A stretch of 64,000 nucleotides of DNA from Octopus vulgaris (lineage: Eukaryota), in assembly GCA_951406725.2 (NCBI GenBank), contig OX597816.1, forward strand, positions 49,910,001 through 49,974,000. The letters are read 5' to 3'. The notes under the pieces were generated by a model, which worked only from the letters and a program-made list of their open reading frames with translations, was not told where the DNA came from and searched no databases. The translations under genes were made by a program, and so were the position numbers. Shown here piece after piece: positions 56,688-64,000 of the stretch (its first letter is position 1; each line of letters opens with the position of its first letter).

Positions 56688-58401
56688 CAGATAGCTAGAT
56701 AGACACCTCTATACATATATATATACATGGGAAGCTAGAGAGAGGGAGAGCAAAAGAGAGAGGGGAAGGGGAAGAGATAAAATGTGAATGAATTATTTTG
56801 GAGCAAATGAGAGAACATCTCTAAGTTAATGAGTCGTTCTTCTTAGTAATTAAACCTAATTCTAAAGTATTAAAACTGTGCCCTTACCGGATAGCAAAAA
56901 TATTTACAACATTATGAAGCTGTAATTTGAGGAGGGCTTGTAAGTTATATCTGACAGATCTCTATTATCCCCAAATAACTCTTTACTGAAGATGTAAATA
57001 CAAGTCATTCACCATAATTCAGCAACAATTGCGTCCATCTATAAAAGTTTCTCTCAATAGTATGATATAACTTAAAATCTCGCATCATTGCACAAATTGA
57101 ATATTTTCAATCAGAGTATGGTTCATTTTATGTCACAAGCAGTGGAGATGTTCATTGTTATACATTAATGCTATTCCTTAAAACCTCTTATTAAATACGA
57201 AAGCGATGATGGATCTCAATTTAATGTCTTCTATTTTAAAACAGATGGTAGTTTTCAGACAGTTCGGCTTTACATAATCCTTAAAGCAATGGAAAAACCA
57301 TGTTTTCCAAATGAATTTTGCGGCGGTACGCGCAGAAATTATCTAAGCATGAATGACAAAATCATGAATGCATAGGTGCATATATTTTCTTTTTCTTCCA
57401 TTGTTTGAAAAAATTGATGTCAGCTTTCTTTTTATTGTCGGGATTTATGTTTAATAATAGCCGTTATACGATTTAAAATGTCAATTAATTTATCAAAAAA
57501 ATCCTTTGCCAGCTCTCATAGAAAAGCCTTTTTTATGTGGCGTTGATACCTTGCAAATTGAGTTTTAAGAAAACTCTTAACATACCAACTTTATCGCTTT
57601 ATCATATAATTTAACCACTAGATTAAGAATATGATTAACGATTTATGCTGTTATCTTTGCACTGGTTGGACGAAGCAACAAAGTAATGATGGAAATATCG
57701 AGAACACACGAAGACAGCTTTCATTGATTTCCTAAATCACATGTATGGCATAGAGTTTCTAATTATTTCTTTCTTCCCAACGTCAGTATTACAGACTTTT
57801 GAATACTCTTTGTCGTTCAACGGTATTTCCATTAGTATACCGTTAGACTTCCAAGCAGGAGAAATCGTATTTGATTATATCACAGTCTGACATTGCTTTA
57901 CCATCATTGAGATTGTAGGGTTTCACTTTCTGAAACATTTGGTGCAGTGACCGCAATAGCATTAGTCCGTTGATCAAAATTTGAATAATATCTAAAATAA
58001 ATTTTCTGATAACCTAATTTTATATATTTAAACAATTATCGAGTAAGCGAAGGCAGAAATACATACTCAATAAAGTCTAAAATTGAATACGTGTACTTAC
58101 AGAAGAAAATTGAGTAACATCAATGTATTAAATCGAATAGAATAATATGAGGGCATTCGAATTTGCGTAGAGCTGGTGCACAGGGAAAAAATTACTGTCG
58201 TTGAGATTGTTTTAGATATACCTATTTTTCTTTGAATGTATGTTGTCATATTGTTATGTCGCACGTTCGGATGCCTTCTATTCAACTCTTCACTCACTGC
58301 TACTCTGTTCTAGTCTGACTGCTACTCAACTATGCTCTCATCTACACTAGTAACTAGTCACTCGACGTCTAGACTTTTCCCTCTATATCAACGTACTGGG
58401 G

Positions 58402-58450
58402 AGGCGGTGAACTGGCAGAGACTTTAGCACGCCGGGTGAAGGGCTTCGCA
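58402..58450 (+). mobile_element. SINE family B head fragment
   Basis: GGCGGTGAACTGGCAGAGACTTTAGCACGCCGGGTGAA. Confidence 0.65.
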
Positions 58451-60700
58451 TATCTAAATATATCGCAGATAGAAAACGATTTAAACAAATGTTTATATCT
58501 CAGTGTATATCAGTACCTACTACAGTTTACATTCTAGCTGGGGTTTTTTCTGCTAATCAACATAAACCTCTTGCTCAGTTTACGTTCAAATAAATAATGA
58601 ATGTAAACTTTTAGCTATTATTCACTCAGTTATCCGCTTTGGGATTTTTAACTGTAGCCTATATAATACTTCATTACTATTTCTTTTACTTTATGAAATT
58701 TTAAAACTTTCATTTATGTTACACATAGTAGTTTATTTTAATATAATTATCAATGGCTGTACAGTTGTTCCGTATATCACAGACAAATATTTAGAAAATA
58801 CATAATAAAAAGTTTATTCTGACATAAAATGACATAAAAGAGGAAATGCTTCGCAGCAAGAGGAAATTAAATTTCGATATGAATGGGCTGGCAAGTCTAG
58901 GTTATGTGGACGGTAAATTTTATGTAACCATTTCTTTAAATAAATGAAAAATGAAATCATTACTTATATAACACACAACAACAAAAACTTTACAAAATAT
59001 TTCTTAAGGAGTTACTGATGCAAAATAAACCCATTTAGCTAATACAATCTGAACTTCACAGATTTTCTATCTTCCAATTTAGAATAATTTCTAAAAGTTT
59101 AAAATCATTTCTACCTTTAAAAAACTTATAATTACTCAGCTCATTTACGGAATATATAATCTTGTTCATATGCATCAGATGTCACATATCTTCTGCTGTT
59201 AAGTTTTCAAACACCCCAACTCTGGCAAATACTTGACGCATTACATTACCACCAGACCCATTTTATACAACAAAACTTTATACAAGAGCATCTGTTTTAA
59301 ATTTATTTTTTCTATTTTCCAAACAAACTTTCCAGCTATTCAACATAGCACGCCGTCAATAAAATAATTATTGCATAGGATATGAAATAAAATATGGGAG
59401 TGAAATTAACGTGAGTTGAAAAAGTGTTATATTAAAATATACACTAACATGATTTAAACATACATGTTTGTTTTTTCTTTCAATATAATTCTGTTTACGA
59501 GCCAAACGTATATTAAATATATGTAAACTAATAAATATTTTTTTAGTTATGCGATATATTACTTTCCTATTAGCCATAATTTAAATTATCCCAAATGAAA
59601 TAACATCAAGGTGTGTGTTTATAAACACGTTTATTACATGGATATCAGAAAGTATATGTCTTTTCCTGCCTTCAAGTTATATGTACAAACATACGTGTGT
59701 ACGACGGACAAACATGTGAATTGCGGTATACTTATATATTCAATATTTCATTTCACTTCTCTTACAGACGGTGTTTTATATGTTGACCATACTTTATATT
59801 TGCTATTTCTACTATACAAAAAAAATTGTTTTTGAAGTTAATTTCAAAATGCCGTGGGCTTATATATAAAAGAGTTTATTTTATTGCAATAACTCATTTA
59901 AACCTGAAAAAAAATGCGGAGTCATAAATTAATGAGTCGTTTGACTCTGTTTTCAGAATGACGAATTTTACACACACGATCCTATATAGTGGGAATATGT
60001 AATGCTATCGACAATTAAAACAGTACCTTTAGCTATTTTATGGTAGTTACAATTTCCCTTGAATATCAAGACATTACGCCTACATATATTTTCTCTTCAG
60101 CAAGAAATATATTTAAGTACGAATATATGCATATATTGACAGAAAATTACATGTAGTCAGTCACAAATAAAGAAGAATTTGCACTCTTTTGAATAAAAGG
60201 AACACTTGTAATTATATCTGTCTTGAATATGTTTCATGGATATGTTTGTGTGCATACGCAAATAGATACTTAATGCTGTAATGGTGTTGTATAGGATCAA
60301 CGTTACCTTTCATTGAAAGGCGGTGGATTTCCAAGACTATGTAATTCGAACATTATGTGTCGTGTTATTTGATCTGGGTGTTAGTGTTCTAATACCAAAT
60401 AGCGCATAATGTACTTGAGTGGTATAACACACAGTTTAAAACTACCACTTGGAACCGTGGGTGGCTTTAAGTGTTTATATTCAGTTGCAAAAATTCGTGC
60501 AGGATTTCCGGTTTGGAGACATATTCTTTTGTCCTTACAACTAGTATCGCAGGCGGTAGAATGGAGCTTCGGTATTGCATTCTCGTCTGATTATAATATG
60601 GAAAAGTATAATATAAATAAACTCATATTACGTTATGATCTTTGATTGATTATACATATGTAAACTTACGTGTGTATATGTGTGTATGTGCATGAATATA

Positions 60701-60918
60701 TACAAAGGGGTGCTGAAGAGTTCCCCGGCTTTAAGGGTACCACAAAAGGCCTAGCTGGAGGCCTAACTTCCCAAGTTTACTTTACAGGCTTTATAAAAAT
60801 TGAAGGACCACGGCAATAAGTGTGTGAATATGATCGGGTAATATCTTGGATAAAACCATAACTGATCCTATTGTATTTTCTCTTACCCAAGATAGGAACT
60901 TTTCAGCATTCTATCGTA
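60701..60918 (+). mobile_element. Mariner-derived MITE
   Basis: Imperfect TIRs TACAAAGGGGTGCTGAAGAGTTCC / GGAACTTTTCAGCATTCTATCGTA with TA ends. Internal KLKDHGNKCVNMIG*YLG* resembles the mariner transposase C-terminus. Confidence 0.7.
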
Positions 60919-63336
60919 TGTATGTATGTATGTATGTATGTATGTATGTATGTATGTATGTATGTATGTACGTGTGTGGGTAGTCGATATGATAAAGGTT
61001 CATACGAAAATGCTTTTGATATTATCGTTTTACAATGTTATTATTTAAGGAAACAATCTTATTTGCCAGTGGATGCTATATTCATGTGACAGTATGACTG
61101 TGGGTATCAGATCTACTTAGATGAAAGATTATGTTACATAATATGAAAACCCTTCGTTTTCATGAACTCCTATTTTTACTCTATATTCGTCTTGTTCTGA
61201 AATCACAAATTCTTGTTAATTTATAAGTTCATTCGACATTGTTGTCGACAGTTATTTACAGTATTCTATCAGAAAAATCAACTATCAATTAGACCGTAGA
61301 AACTGCAGCAAATATAAAATTCACAATTTTTGTTTTATTGAGCAATTTCCCACTTTTTATTCTATGTAAACAACAAATCTAAAAGCAAAATTTATATTAC
61401 ATTACGATCTGTATCAAAGATAAGAAAAAGGTGTTTAAATTAGCTTGAAACCTTGATGATCTGCTAATTTCCACATACAAATCAAACGTCCAAATATATG
61501 AGCTGCTCCATTTCCAGATCTTTAATATCACTAAGATACGCACAACACTTAGCGGTACGCTGATAAGAACTGCTGCAACTTTTGATTTTAGGTTGGATAT
61601 AATTCAGATAATTTTATTCAACAGATAATGTGTTGCATCTCGTATACATTCCAGTAAAATTTTAACATTTCGAAATCAATATGCTTGTGTAACTAGACAG
61701 TTAAATCATTTCTTCATGACTCGGCCACGACGATACTTCCAAAGCCTTTGCTACGAAGACTACTTATGTAATTCTGCCACGTAATATTACATAAATTAAT
61801 ATCCATAGAACTTAGGAAAAAATGTTTACTGATGTCTATCAAATAACCAATAACATGACAACTTCAAATTCTAAGGAAACGATGTTTCATTAATTTCGCA
61901 CTTCCTCTGCACACAAATAAAATATGTGCTATTGATACTGAGCGTTATACAACTTACATATTTCGAGTGTATTTTACCTACATACTTACCTTAGCTATTT
62001 GCGTATATTCTCAAGCACACACACGCAGCAGAAAATGCACATACACATGTATATGTATAGGTGGGTGTTTGTTTCTGTTCACGTGTGTGAGAGAGATAAA
62101 ATGAGAGTGTCTCTATGCGTATCCGCTTGCGTGTGTATTTGTGTATCTGCGTGTGTGAGTGTATACGTACGTGTATTTATTTCTTTGTCATACATAATAT
62201 TACGAAGTGTCGAAGGCGTACACTTCCACATAATTTATTCTCAAACATTCAAATATCACACCTTCTTTGAATCAATTTTCCCACATTGTATATATTTATA
62301 TATTTATTTACCCGTATATATATCTATATAACCGTCTTCTATCGATTTTATAAAAGTTTATATCAAACTATTTGCCATTTCTTCAGATAATTCCAACCCT
62401 TTTCTTTCTTATATTTTTCATAAATGTCTCCCCTTTCATCATATATTTCCCATTTCAAAGATGACTATGGGTATTATAAAGGAAATTCAGCAGCTCTTTT
62501 TAATATGTCATATATAGTCTCTCTTTTTTTGTTCGATGGAACGCATAGATATTTGGTAGCTGTCAGCAGAATAAGGCTAGGTGTATTCCGTCAGAGCAAA
62601 CAAATGAGGTTTCAGTTTAGAAATAATGTTTATTCTTAAACAATTCATTACCGTAAACATAATGAAAGTATATTTTTTATACTTTCCCCTCATACCACCT
62701 CCTTTATAGACAACTACCTTTGAATACCCTTTCACTTTCGACATAGTATTTACCAAGTCACTTCAACGGTGTAGGGGCAAAATCAATTTATTGAATAGAC
62801 GCTAAACAAGCATCAAAAGCATTACATTTCATTATATTCGAAGTTGCCGAAGTACAGTCTGTCTATTTCAGCTGACAGACAACTTATAATGAAGATCATT
62901 CTTGAGAAAATAAAGATCAGAACAAAAAAACACCCACGAAGACAAATAAAATTACATTTAAAATATATTTCAAGCAAATCAACACCATTTTACCAGTTTC
63001 AACATCAACAAAGCAATCAACCAAATAATCAAACACGCACACACAAACGTACATACATAACGTGTATGTATTTCAATAATATATATGTTCTGCCATAGAT
63101 TCAGTGTATGTTGTATATGCGACTCCTATAAACATGCAAAATCTGCCTTTTAATTGCATAGAAAGTGTACAAAAAGCATAGAAATTTAGATCACACAGAT
63201 TAAAATAAAACGAAATTTGGAACTTATTTGTATAACTAATATTCCATTCAACTCAAGTAAAATAAATCCATTCACTCATACATACATACACACACATACA
63301 TACATACAAACATACATACATACATACATACATACA

Positions 63337-63406
<70 letters not shown>

Positions 63407-64000
63407 CAGTTGACTGATTACATATTAATGGAGTCGTCTGATCATAAAAGAGTCGAGCAATTAACTGTAATTTTCGCATAATTTTGGAGACATTGTCGTT
63501 TCAATAATGAGTAAATGAGATTTATCATGTTTAGGTATTTAGCACACGCATTAACTGCGCAATTGAATTGAAACTAATTTCAACAGGAAATTGAATTATT
63601 AATACAATAATTACAACATTCAATTAAACAAATATATAAAAATTACAATCAGAATCTCAATAGAATTATAAAACTAAAAATACCACTCACACTAACAATG
63701 GTCAATAGAAAACATCTGAGCTGAAACACTTGGTATCATCGCTTTTGTTCTCTTAATCCCATAATAACTGTTAACTTTTTTAAAGCTTCAATTAAAAACA
63801 ATGGCACTCTCTTAAAATACCCATAATTTAGAATCGCCAGCCGAAATATTTCCTTAAATGAGATATGATCTGTTCATTGTCTTCTCTCACATTTTCTCTC
63901 TTACTGTTACGTTTCTCCCTCTTGTAATTGCTCTATCTTTAACCTTACACTCCAATAAACCGAAAACATACTGAAATGCTGCTGACCCTTTTTAAAGTTC

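Overview
Very AT-rich, microsatellite-saturated animal genomic DNA. The SINE families and repeat make-up suggest an octopod cephalopod (inference). Almost all ORFs in the supplied track are artefacts of (TA)n/(CA)n repeats. The only host-gene coding sequence I can support is a 45-bp minus-strand exon (31446-31490, DEVNQVLTTNVWIEQ) of a nicotinic acetylcholine receptor (Cys-loop) subunit, so the window is probably two giant introns of that gene. The rest is mobile DNA: two tail-to-tail CR1-group LINE copies in (TA)n, an R4/Dong-type element in (TAA)n, three tRNA-derived SINE families (one sharing its 3' tail with the LINE, one forming a tandem tetramer), mariner and maT remnants, a mariner MITE and a Helitron. 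The most interesting signal is a set of short non-coding Penelope-like elements carrying hammerhead ribozymes. Three are well formed, one has a core variant, two are decayed and one is a non-canonical hammerhead-like fold. Several are fold-back palindromes that turn at the ribozyme, and one is joined to a tRNA-like head.
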